Shown piece after piece: positions 56,126 to 63,804 of a stretch of 64,000 nt of DNA. The notes under the pieces were generated by a model. That model had not been told where the DNA came from. It saw only the letters and a program-made list of their open reading frames with translations, and searched no databases. Source of the DNA: a virus; the IMG/VR virus record IMGVR_UViG_3300037851_000452, positions 32,001 to 96,000 of that record; one strand, given 5' to 3'. Each line of letters starts with the position of its first letter. Within the stretch, counting starts at the first letter, position 1. The position numbers and the translations under genes are program-made.

Positions 56126-56806
56126 ATGAAGGCATCAAACTCATATTCGATTCTCGTTAAAGACAAAGAGATTGAGGTGGTTAACCGCCAAGGAAAGATG
56201 TGGGTGTCCGTTAGGCACGTATGTGAAGCCCTAGGGATAGACTTCTCATGGCAAAGGCAAAAGATACTGAGTAATGAATTATTCAGTTGTGGGGATATCC
56301 CCACAACTGGAAGTGATGGGAAGCGCTATGAAATGTTCTGCATTCAATCAGACCAGGCCCACTTATGGGTGGCTGGTATATCAGCCCAAAAGATAAAGGA
56401 CCCTGAAAAGAAAAAGGCGTTTATCGAATACCAGAAAGAGTGCTGCTCGGTTCTCTACCACCACTTTACCGGAAAGGGAGAGGACACTATCGGTATTTCC
56501 CAAGCCATTCTTCAAAAGCTTCGAGAAGAGGTTGACGGGCTGAGAGAAGATATCCGCCGCGTGAATGACAAGATTGGGGTAGTAGGGTCGGACGTACGGG
56601 AAGTCCGATACCTGACCATGGGAACTCAAAACGCCCTTAACAGAATCCATCCCAGCGTCGGGTACCGGGTGTATGAAGACAGCCCGATACCTCCCCAAGA
56701 GATAGACCTCCTCAAAGAAGGAACCGAGGCAGATAAACGACTGCTCAAAAAGAAAAAGGGAGAGGTGCCGACTAGGTATCTTAGAATCCTAAAGCCCATT
56801 AACTGA
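56126..56806 (+). CDS. Phage antirepressor, P22 AR N-terminal type
   Basis: WVSVRHVCEALGIDFSWQRQKI...TGSDGKRYEMFCI...YQKECCSVLYHHF. Confidence 0.85.
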   Translation: MKASNSYSILVKDKEIEVVNRQGKMWVSVRHVCEALGIDFSWQRQKILSNELFSCGDIPTTGSDGKRYEMFCIQSDQAHLWVAGISAQKIKDPEKKKAFIEYQKECCSVLYHHFTGKGEDTIGISQAILQKLREEVDGLREDIRRVNDKIGVVGSDVREVRYLTMGTQNALNRIHPSVGYRVYEDSPIPPQEIDLLKEGTEADKRLLKKKKGEVPTRYLRILKPIN

Positions 56807-56818
56807 GGCTCGAAGTCT

Positions 56819-56985
56819 GACAAACCAAACCTAATGACTACTCGAGTCTACCCATGTCATCTCAGGCCAAGTCTTTTCGTTACGAACGACGACTCGCCCC
56901 GACCCCTGTCGTAGTTACCGGCCCGCCTCGACTACCCATCACATGGCGGCACACTTCAACCCGACTGACCAGACGACTTCAAACG
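56819..56985 (+). repeat. Pentamer-periodic (NNC-NN) array
   Basis: 10 in-phase pentamers at 56836-56885 and 7 at 56930-56964, each starting GACTA. Confidence 0.85.
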
Positions 56986-56999
56986 GTCTTGGAGGTAAC

Positions 57000-57626
57000 G
57001 TGTTTAGAAGTATGTGTAGTGTTATCCCCGCAGGGTCTTGCGGAGTAGCAAAAGTAGTCCACGCCACGGTATCTAAAGAGGATGCTGAGCTAGACAGACT
57101 ACAAGGACGACTACGCGGGCATGCCCCAGTAAGAGAGGGGCCTCTGTGTATGCTGTACGTCAAAAACGAGCTAATGATGTCCGACGGACCTAACGAGCAT
57201 AGAACCAACTACGACGTGGTGGTTAAGTCTTTCGGAGATGTCCTAATAGCCGGACTGGGTCTAGGAATGATAGTCGTACCTATCCTGAAAAAGCCTGTCG
57301 TAACGTCCGTAACCGTTATTGAGAAGTACAAGGACGTGGATGACCTAGTCACCCCGCACGTTCTTAAAGAAGCAGGTAGCAGCGCTGATAAGCTAAAAGT
57401 TATAGTAGACGATATCTACAACTGGGATCCACCAAAAGAAGCGAAGTACGACGTCATCTACTTCGACATATGGGCTTCTCAAAGCACAGACGACCTTGCG
57501 GGAATAACCCGGCTCAAAAGAAGATTTGCTAGTCGTCTAAAAAAAGGAGGATACCAGGCCGCGTGGAGAGAGAAAGAGCTTCGTGCTAGTAGGAGGCGTG
57601 AGGTAAGAGAGAAGCCTTGGTTCTAG
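57000..57626 (+). CDS. SAM-dependent methyltransferase-like (spermidine-synthase-like fold)
   Basis: VLIAGLGLG, VTVIE, YDVIYFDIW; GTG start after GGAGG at 56991. Confidence 0.8.
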   Translation: MFRSMCSVIPAGSCGVAKVVHATVSKEDAELDRLQGRLRGHAPVREGPLCMLYVKNELMMSDGPNEHRTNYDVVVKSFGDVLIAGLGLGMIVVPILKKPVVTSVTVIEKYKDVDDLVTPHVLKEAGSSADKLKVIVDDIYNWDPPKEAKYDVIYFDIWASQSTDDLAGITRLKRRFASRLKKGGYQAAWREKELRASRRREVREKPWF

Positions 57627-57644
57627 CTGATACCTGGAGGTTCT

Positions 57645-57929
57645 ATGCGCGCCGTTTTTCTCCTGGCACTTCTTGCATCCTGCTCGTCTATAGAGCAATA
57701 CAACGCATCTAAAAGGCTTAAAGAGGTAGGGGGGTGCCCCTACTGCCCCCAGTGCGAACTTCTACAAAAGATGCACGAGTGTGTCCCCATAGTAAAAAAG
57801 GTAAGAGACTTCTGTGTCGTGTCCTCAAGCCACGGTTGCAGAAACGCGTGCACAGAACTATTCGATTCCGAGTGCTCGGACTGCGCTCAATGGGACCAGC
57901 AGGTCATGTGCGAACGGACTGGCGGGTAG
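57645..57929 (+). CDS. Cys-rich lipoprotein
   Basis: LLASC lipobox. Confidence 0.65.
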   Translation: MRAVFLLALLASCSSIEQYNASKRLKEVGGCPYCPQCELLQKMHECVPIVKKVRDFCVVSSSHGCRNACTELFDSECSDCAQWDQQVMCERTGG

Positions 57930-57948
57930 AGTCTAGAAAGGAACTACG

Positions 57949-58212
57949 GTGGAAAGGTCAATCTACACGGCCCTACGTGCTAAGCTAAAAAGAGAGGTAG
58001 AGGCCCAAGCCAAGACGAATCGAGTGGCTATATGGCCGCAAGGAAGCATACCCGTAAAGATGGGTAACAGGATTATGGTAGTCTCTGTTCAAGAACAAAT
58101 AAGAGCCTGGCCTGAGTTGATGAAGGACTTGGGCCTGGTGCACGATAGCAAGATGCAGGTTTGGACCATTCCAGGAAAAGGGTATAGGGAAGAGGAACTT
58201 CTCAGGATATAG
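57949..58212 (+). CDS. Hypothetical protein
   Basis: 87 aa. Confidence 0.5.
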   Translation: MERSIYTALRAKLKREVEAQAKTNRVAIWPQGSIPVKMGNRIMVVSVQEQIRAWPELMKDLGLVHDSKMQVWTIPGKGYREEELLRI

Positions 58213-58217
58213 CAACT

Positions 58218-58565
58218 GACAAGCCTACCCGGCCCTTCCCGACCCCGAACTGGCCGCGTAACACGAGTCAAGCCGACGTGACATGACGACCCAAGATCAA
58301 CGCGACCCGACAGACAAACCAAACTCATTGACTATACGTCCCCGCCCCTGCCCAGACATTGGACAAGCCACCACGGCCCTACCCACGGCATCGAGACTTG
58401 GGTATTCTAAAGGTGCGCCGAGGACGCTTCTTTTGACCGTAATCAACCAGCTCAGGTCCTTGTGGATGGAACTCTGCCTCGGCGCACTTTTAATAAGACA
58501 ACCCTCTTGACTACACATGCCGTGACGATGCACCCCTGCTCGGCCTGACCAAGAGACAGGCCTCT
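58218..58565 (+). repeat. Pentamer-periodic (NNC-NN) array, longest copy
   Basis: Runs of 8 (58218), 6 (58330), 6 (58362) and 7 (58509) pentamers, all GAC-initiated. Confidence 0.85.
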
Positions 58566-58586
58566 TTACCAAAAAAAGGAGTTTAG

Positions 58587-59360
58587 ATGCGTACGTTTAT
58601 CGCCTTAATGCTTTTCTGCTCCGTAGCTAGCGCGGAGAAGTCCATGTACCTAACCGTCCCAGATGTAGAGTGCAAAACCTGCTCTCATCTGGTCCACATC
58701 CGGTATAGCGACAAGGTTACCGATGACATGCTAGCAGGGTTTGAGAACCTGGTGGTCTCTAAATCCCCCGACGAAAGAAATATGAATGCGGACAGGAGGA
58801 CTCGTCCACTAAAAAATGAGCCCTCAATCGCAATCAGCGTTGTAGAGGAGGACGGAAACTTTCTCTGGAGCGTTCCTTCCGGATGGTATCCCAGTGATAC
58901 GATCGGTCTCCTTACTAGGACCCCGCCCTCCCCTAAGGATGTGTCTAGGCTATACGACTACGAGGTTCATTGGTGGGGCATCAGTCTCTGGCTAGACCGT
59001 ACGGAGGCGTGTTCTCTGTCTACGGCCGGTGCTGCGCTGTTCGCGGTATTCATGGGGCTTACGGTAGTGTGTCCGCCATGCGCTTTGGTGTCTTTTGCTT
59101 GTGGAGCTCAAGCCATGTGGCTAGGCCTCAATACTGGAAAGTACGGGGCCTATGTTGAAGTATCCTGGCTAGGGTTCTTGTTTTGGGCTGAGCCTATAGG
59201 GCCTGAGTTGACCGCCCAAGACGACTGCTTTGACGCCAATCCCCACTTGGAATCTGAATCTTCTGGCTTGTCTTCCGAGCATTACCATGACCCGTCTGCG
59301 GCTCACGGAGTAGTTCATACGCCCCTGGGCACACAGGTCATACACGCGAAAGGACTTTGA
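58587..59360 (+). CDS. Secreted/membrane protein
   Basis: Signal peptide, hydrophobic C-terminal segments. Confidence 0.6.
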   Translation: MRTFIALMLFCSVASAEKSMYLTVPDVECKTCSHLVHIRYSDKVTDDMLAGFENLVVSKSPDERNMNADRRTRPLKNEPSIAISVVEEDGNFLWSVPSGWYPSDTIGLLTRTPPSPKDVSRLYDYEVHWWGISLWLDRTEACSLSTAGAALFAVFMGLTVVCPPCALVSFACGAQAMWLGLNTGKYGAYVEVSWLGFLFWAEPIGPELTAQDDCFDANPHLESESSGLSSEHYHDPSAAHGVVHTPLGTQVIHAKGL

Positions 59361-59785
59361 TTATGACGGTGAGCGCTATTCTTCTGTCTCTTTTCCTGAA
59401 CACCCCCACGGACCCGTGCGGTATCGGATGTGTGTCTCGTTCCGGAAATCTCTTCACCGGATATTCGTATTCGGTAGAAGGCGGTGAGTCCCTATCAGAG
59501 GGAGACATTACCTGGGCGTTTGCCCGGTATCCTCTGCTCGACGAGCGGTTGAAACTGCATCAGACCGTTTGGGGAGTTCAGCTAGGCATTTCCATTGTCG
59601 GTGTATCGGCGTCTGGATACTACGTCTGGAAGGCCACGAACTCCAACTACCGAAAGAACATGGACCGTGTCTATGCGATAGCCGGAACGTCACTAATCCT
59701 AAACGTGGCGTTGGGGTTGTTTCGCAACTACGTCTATGGTTCTTTGGGAGACGAGTACAATGTGCTCCTAGGGCAAGAGCAATAG
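59357..59785 (+). CDS. Membrane protein
   Basis: 2-3 hydrophobic helices. Confidence 0.55.
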   Translation: MIMTVSAILLSLFLNTPTDPCGIGCVSRSGNLFTGYSYSVEGGESLSEGDITWAFARYPLLDERLKLHQTVWGVQLGISIVGVSASGYYVWKATNSNYRKNMDRVYAIAGTSLILNVALGLFRNYVYGSLGDEYNVLLGQEQ

Positions 59786-59917
59786 ACGAGCCACCGCATC
59801 ACGATCAGTAACGAGCCCTAAAAGGAACAAACCAAACCAGCAGACAAGCCGTTTTGGCCCACTCCATCCCAAAAGACGAGACATGTCGAGTCAAGACGTG
59901 TCACGAGACGTTACAAC
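59785..59917 (+). repeat. Pentamer-periodic (NNC-NN) array
   Basis: GAC units at 59785, 59843, 59875 and 59907, e.g. gaCga gaCat gtCga gtCaa gaCgt gtCac. Confidence 0.8.
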
Positions 59918-59932
59918 TTAAAGGAGAAAGAT

Positions 59933-60112
59933 ATGACCAAGACAGTGGTAGAGCGGATCGACGATATGATTGCTAGCCTGGACGAGCTAAGAAAGGAGCT
60001 TCTCGAATTGAAAGATGCCTTCGAGGAAGCCTACAAGCAGAACCCCGACTCTGAGGTTCTTAAATCAGCAGTAGAGTCCTTGGACAGCCTAGAGAAATCC
60101 ATCCTAGGCTGA
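59933..60112 (+). CDS. 59-aa coiled-coil protein
   Basis: AAGGAG RBS, MTKTVVERIDDMIASL...; below the track cutoff; terminator follows. Confidence 0.65.
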   Translation: MTKTVVERIDDMIASLDELRKELLELKDAFEEAYKQNPDSEVLKSAVESLDSLEKSILG

Positions 60113-60125
60113 TAACAACACCAAC

Positions 60126-60159
60126 GGGCCCTCCCGATTCAGGGAGGGCCCATTCTTTT
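60126..60159 (+). terminator. Intrinsic terminator
   Basis: GGGCCCTCCC/GGGAGGGCCC then ATTCTTTT. Confidence 0.75.
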
Positions 60160-60169
60160 AGGAGAACAC

Positions 60170-60400
60170 ATGTCTGACACGATCAAAGAAGAGGTGTGCA
60201 GGGAGATTGAAAAGCTGAACAAGCACCTGAGAGAGCTGACGATGATACTGGAGGACTTGAACTCCTCCAGCTATGTGAGAGTACAAGTGGCCACTAGGGC
60301 CTACTTCAACTACGTGTCAGAAAATAAGGCCACAACCGTCATACCGAATCCCTGGTCGAATCTTCAACCCTGCAACCTTCCTCTAGGCGTGTGTCCGTAA
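60170..60400 (+). CDS. Hypothetical protein
   Basis: AGGAG RBS. Confidence 0.55.
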   Translation: MSDTIKEEVCREIEKLNKHLRELTMILEDLNSSSYVRVQVATRAYFNYVSENKATTVIPNPWSNLQPCNLPLGVCP

Positions 60401-60508
60401 ACAGACAACCGCAGATCAACTCTAGAAACGGCCTACTAAAAATATTGCAGGCTGAAAAGATATAAGTCTGTTGACGGAGTTCTAACGTAGCCCTGAGGAA
60501 GGAAAAAC

Positions 60509-60796
60509 ATGCTGGAAGAAAAAACTCTAGAAACAGCCCAAAAATGCCTTGCCCTGCGAAAGAGAAAGAACGCATCCAAAATCCTGTTTCGTAGTATTGG
60601 ATACCACTCAGCGGTTTCCGAATACGAGGGCGCACTCAAAGATCTCTGCGAGACTAAAGAAGTGTCTCCCGTGGTCAGGAAGATTGGCAGCCTCTTTGGA
60701 GGCTGTGAGAACAAAAAAGAGTTCGAGCAGTGTGGTCAAATACTAGACATGCTCTACGAGCACTTTTCTTCATATATCAGGAACCTAGTCAGCTAA
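60509..60796 (+). CDS. Hypothetical protein
   Basis: Downstream of TATAAG at 60461. Confidence 0.55.
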   Translation: MLEEKTLETAQKCLALRKRKNASKILFRSIGYHSAVSEYEGALKDLCETKEVSPVVRKIGSLFGGCENKKEFEQCGQILDMLYEHFSSYIRNLVS

Positions 60797-60892
60797 GAGT
60801 CTTGTTTACTCGGAGGTTACTACCATCGAGCATTCCGTTCCGACTGGCCTCTATGGTAGTAACCTCTCAGTCTAAAAACAAAAAGGAATCAC

Positions 60893-61318
60893 ATGCCGCG
60901 CGTAGCTCTTATTACGGAGGAAAGGGTCATTCAGGAGCTCTCCTCCTTCCCTAAGCACAACAAGAACACCGCTGGTTTCTGCCTAAAAAGCCAAACAGTG
61001 TGTTGGACAAACGGCGCCGTGGCGGTTCGGTGGAATCGAACTCAGAACTCGCATAATCTTCTGGCAGGACAAGAAGTCTTCGAGATGGATTTCGATAAGC
61101 TACTTCCGCAAGAAGACGAGCCGACGTCCTCCGTAGGACTGGACGTGTATATGACGTATAAGATTCTTAAGATCGTTGGAGCTCAAAGGGGCTTCATCTA
61201 CCACGTGGGGAGTAACTACATCGTTAGGGTAGAGCCAGCCTGGGAGATAGACGGGCAAAGCGTAGTTCAAGAAGTAGACGTCGTCGTGGCCGGGATCGTC
61301 CACGATCCAGGTCATTAG
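60893..61318 (+). CDS. Hypothetical protein
   Basis: 141 aa, AAGGA RBS. Confidence 0.55.
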   Translation: MPRVALITEERVIQELSSFPKHNKNTAGFCLKSQTVCWTNGAVAVRWNRTQNSHNLLAGQEVFEMDFDKLLPQEDEPTSSVGLDVYMTYKILKIVGAQRGFIYHVGSNYIVRVEPAWEIDGQSVVQEVDVVVAGIVHDPGH

Positions 61319-61368
61319 AAGGTAAAAGTTTTTACCTTACCCAACTGCTCGAAAGTAGGTAGTTTTTC

Positions 61369-61602
61369 ATGCCAGAGCAAGAAAGCCTGTTCGACAGAAT
61401 CGAGGCCTTGAAGTCAGCCGGTCAGATAAGCGATAGAGGTGACCAGGAAGCTGCCCTGAACGCCCTATCGCATGTTAGGGAGATGGTTCGTAGTCTGTCC
61501 CAAGAGCTGGACAGCATTCACGAGTATCTGAGCAGCAGGGAGCTTACCAAGCAAGAAGTAGTTGTGATTAACGAGCTGGTAGAAGACCTGTTGGGGCTAT
61601 GA
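61369..61602 (+). CDS. Hypothetical protein
   Basis: 77 aa. Confidence 0.55.
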   Translation: MPEQESLFDRIEALKSAGQISDRGDQEAALNALSHVREMVRSLSQELDSIHEYLSSRELTKQEVVVINELVEDLLGL

Positions 61603-61817
61603 CCGAAGAAAGAACGTGCGACCCTGATTGCTGGTGCCACCTATGCCAGCGCGCGGCTCAGCAGTTGTGTGAGCCGAAGACAAACCAATCCACTACTAGA
61701 GAAAGAGTTAGCGTGTCCAAGCGGATTCGGGATAGCTGGAGCTCTACCTGTCTTGCTCTCTCTTCAACGGTTAAGCAGCTCTGGAAAGAGATAGACAGCC
61801 TAGGAGAGGATCCATAA
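61599..61817 (+). CDS. Cys-rich hypothetical protein
   Basis: ATGA-coupled. Confidence 0.5.
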   Translation: MTEERTCDPDCWCHLCQRAAQQLCEPKTNQSTTRERVSVSKRIRDSWSSTCLALSSTVKQLWKEIDSLGEDP

Positions 61818-62056
61818 GACAAAGCGAGCCATCCCGGAACATCCAAGACGCCCCATATGGACACCACACGACAAGCCATCCACACTCAAACGACTACTCA
61901 TTTCTCCCCAACTGCGTCCCTCCCCATTAGACAACCCCTCTCACTACGCCACGCCGCTACCCCATCCGTCAGACACCCCCGACCCGAACGCTGCTGACCT
62001 GGTCGAATAGACTACACATGGCGCCCCGTAACCCCGCATTCCTCAATGACCCGCCT
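61818..62056 (+). repeat. Pentamer-periodic (NNC-NN) array
   Basis: Starts directly after a stop codon; runs of 8 (61930) and 7 (62010) pentamers; ends at a hairpin. Confidence 0.85.
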
Positions 62057-62081
62057 GGTGGGGAGGTTATTCCTCCCCACC
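62057..62081 (+). terminator. Hairpin closing the array
   Basis: GGTGGGGAGG/CCTCCCCACC. Confidence 0.6.
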
Positions 62082-62108
62082 TAATCAGAAATTCTTTCTT
62101 AGGTTTTA

Positions 62109-62122
62109 GGTATAAGAATGTT
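62109..62122 (+). promoter_or_regulatory. Promoter-like motif GGTATAAGAATGTT
   Basis: Recurrent motif. Confidence 0.6.
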
Positions 62123-62153
62123 GGTAATCTACAACATTACTTAGGGGTAAAAG

Positions 62154-62531
62154 ATGCATGAGATGAGTGAGATGAGCGAGTGCGTTGACGCGGTACGCGG
62201 CTTGTACAACGACACGCACTCGGAAGCGGACGATGCCCGTAACGCGATGCGGAAGGCCGTAGAGGCTGCCGAGAAGGCAGAGACCTTCGCCAACCTGTCA
62301 GAAGAGCTCTACCAGCAAAGGAAGCCCTCTCCGATAGAGAGTTCTTTGGCCGCTTTTCTTACCGCGGCCACCGATCTGATGTCCCAGTTGGGACCAGTGG
62401 TGGTGGAGAAAGTGGAGTGGAGCCGCCCAACCCAAAAGGTGTGGAAAGAGCTGCTCTCGTCTCTACCAGAAGACAAAGAGAGGCGCTGTGAGGCTCTGGT
62501 AGAACTTCTTGAAAAGCTACAGTGGAAGTAG
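62154..62531 (+). CDS. Hypothetical protein
   Basis: 125 aa after the promoter motif. Confidence 0.6.
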   Translation: MHEMSEMSECVDAVRGLYNDTHSEADDARNAMRKAVEAAEKAETFANLSEELYQQRKPSPIESSLAAFLTAATDLMSQLGPVVVEKVEWSRPTQKVWKELLSSLPEDKERRCEALVELLEKLQWK

Positions 62532-62562
62532 CCAAAAAAGTGCAATAATCCGCCTTTTTCTA

Positions 62563-62576
62563 GGTATAAGAATCTG
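62563..62576 (+). promoter_or_regulatory. Promoter-like motif GGTATAAGAATCTG
   Basis: Recurrent motif followed by AAGGAGGT. Confidence 0.6.
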
Positions 62577-62591
62577 GAAAGGAGGTGGGTT

Positions 62592-62840
62592 ATGGTGACT
62601 CACCGAATCCCGGCCGAGATCGGCCGTGTCCTCGGTCTTCGGACCGGGGACACGGCCCATATCGCGCGCTGCCGTAACGAATACGGCACGCCGTATAGGA
62701 CGTTGGTCTCCCGCTCGCCCATCGAGCGGGAGACGTTCTCCCTCGGCGCGTCCATCGACGCGTCGAAGCTCGTCGAGGTGGAGCTCGACGAGCACCTCCC
62801 CGCCTACGGGGAGGTTTGGGATCAGTGGGGAACCACTTGA
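62592..62840 (+). CDS. GC-rich hypothetical protein in a promoter-hairpin cassette
   Basis: Strong RBS; 14-bp hairpin 62850-62882 follows. Confidence 0.6.
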   Translation: MVTHRIPAEIGRVLGLRTGDTAHIARCRNEYGTPYRTLVSRSPIERETFSLGASIDASKLVEVELDEHLPAYGEVWDQWGTT

Positions 62841-62943
62841 TCCCAAACAGGAGTGGTATGGCTAGAACAGCCATACCACTCCGATTATTAGCCCAGGAGG
62901 ACCTGTGGCCTACAAAACCACTAGATTCGCCAAGGAGAATTAG

Positions 62944-63804
62944 ATGAAGAGCTCCATCTGCTTTTACCACGCCGCTGATAATGACGGCACGCTGTCTGGA
63001 TACATAGTAACAAAAAAACTCCTCCATAGGGGAAAAGCGTTCCACCGAGTAGGGGTCAACTATGGGGACCCAATACCTGAACCACTACTCTCCCCAGGTA
63101 CCTTCGACCAGGTGTTCATAGTGGACTTCTCGTGGAAACGAGACGAGATGGCCAAAATAGCAAAGAACAGCCATCTGATATGGATTGACCACCATAGAAC
63201 GGCCATTACCGACTACCGAGACAACCCTTTCGCATGCACCACGGTGCTTGATGAAACGCGGGCCGCGTGCGAGCTGACGTGGGGGTTTTTATGGCCCGAA
63301 ATAGAGACACCGAAAATTGTTCAGGCAGTAGGAGCCTGGGATATCAAAAGATGGAAAGATATCTCGGAGAAAGAAGCTACTGCCTCCCATTTTGCCATCA
63401 AAAAGGTTGGGCCAGCATGCGGCCCCGACTGGGAGTATTTTCTCGACCCAAACAACTGGAACAGCATTCAAGAGACCGGAGAGCTCATCTCTGAATGGGT
63501 CGAGTCAGAAAACAAGAGAAGGTCTAGCCAGGCCCACCGCGTTTTTTGGGAAGGAAGATTCTGGATGGTTCAACTTGGTACGCCAGTACCCGTAGAAACA
63601 ATGTGGGAACACTGTCCAGGAAACTACTCGGGCCTCATAGGCGTCAACTTCATCAAGGACTCTTGGGTAATCTCTCTGCGTCGGATTCCTGGAGAGTCTA
63701 TGGACCTAGGACTGATTGCCAAAAAGTATGGGGGCGGAGGTCATCCTGCCGCAGCGGGATTCCGAATGTCCGAACTCCCCAGTGAGCTGTTCAAGCCTGT
63801 GTGA
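62944..63804 (+). CDS. DHH/DHHA1 phosphoesterase
   Basis: YHAADNDG, IVDFS, WIDHH, GGGGHPAAAGF. Confidence 0.92.
   Translation: MKSSICFYHAADNDGTLSGYIVTKKLLHRGKAFHRVGVNYGDPIPEPLLSPGTFDQVFIVDFSWKRDEMAKIAKNSHLIWIDHHRTAITDYRDNPFACTTVLDETRAACELTWGFLWPEIETPKIVQAVGAWDIKRWKDISEKEATASHFAIKKVGPACGPDWEYFLDPNNWNSIQETGELISEWVESENKRRSSQAHRVFWEGRFWMVQLGTPVPVETMWEHCPGNYSGLIGVNFIKDSWVISLRRIPGESMDLGLIAKKYGGGGHPAAAGFRMSELPSELFKPV

Noticed and set aside
58089-58572. Track ORFs over the arrays (58283..58510, 58297..58572, 56854..57048, 61658..61885, 63716..63961)
   Set aside because: No RBS, low-complexity P/R/T translations, and period-5 rather than period-3 structure
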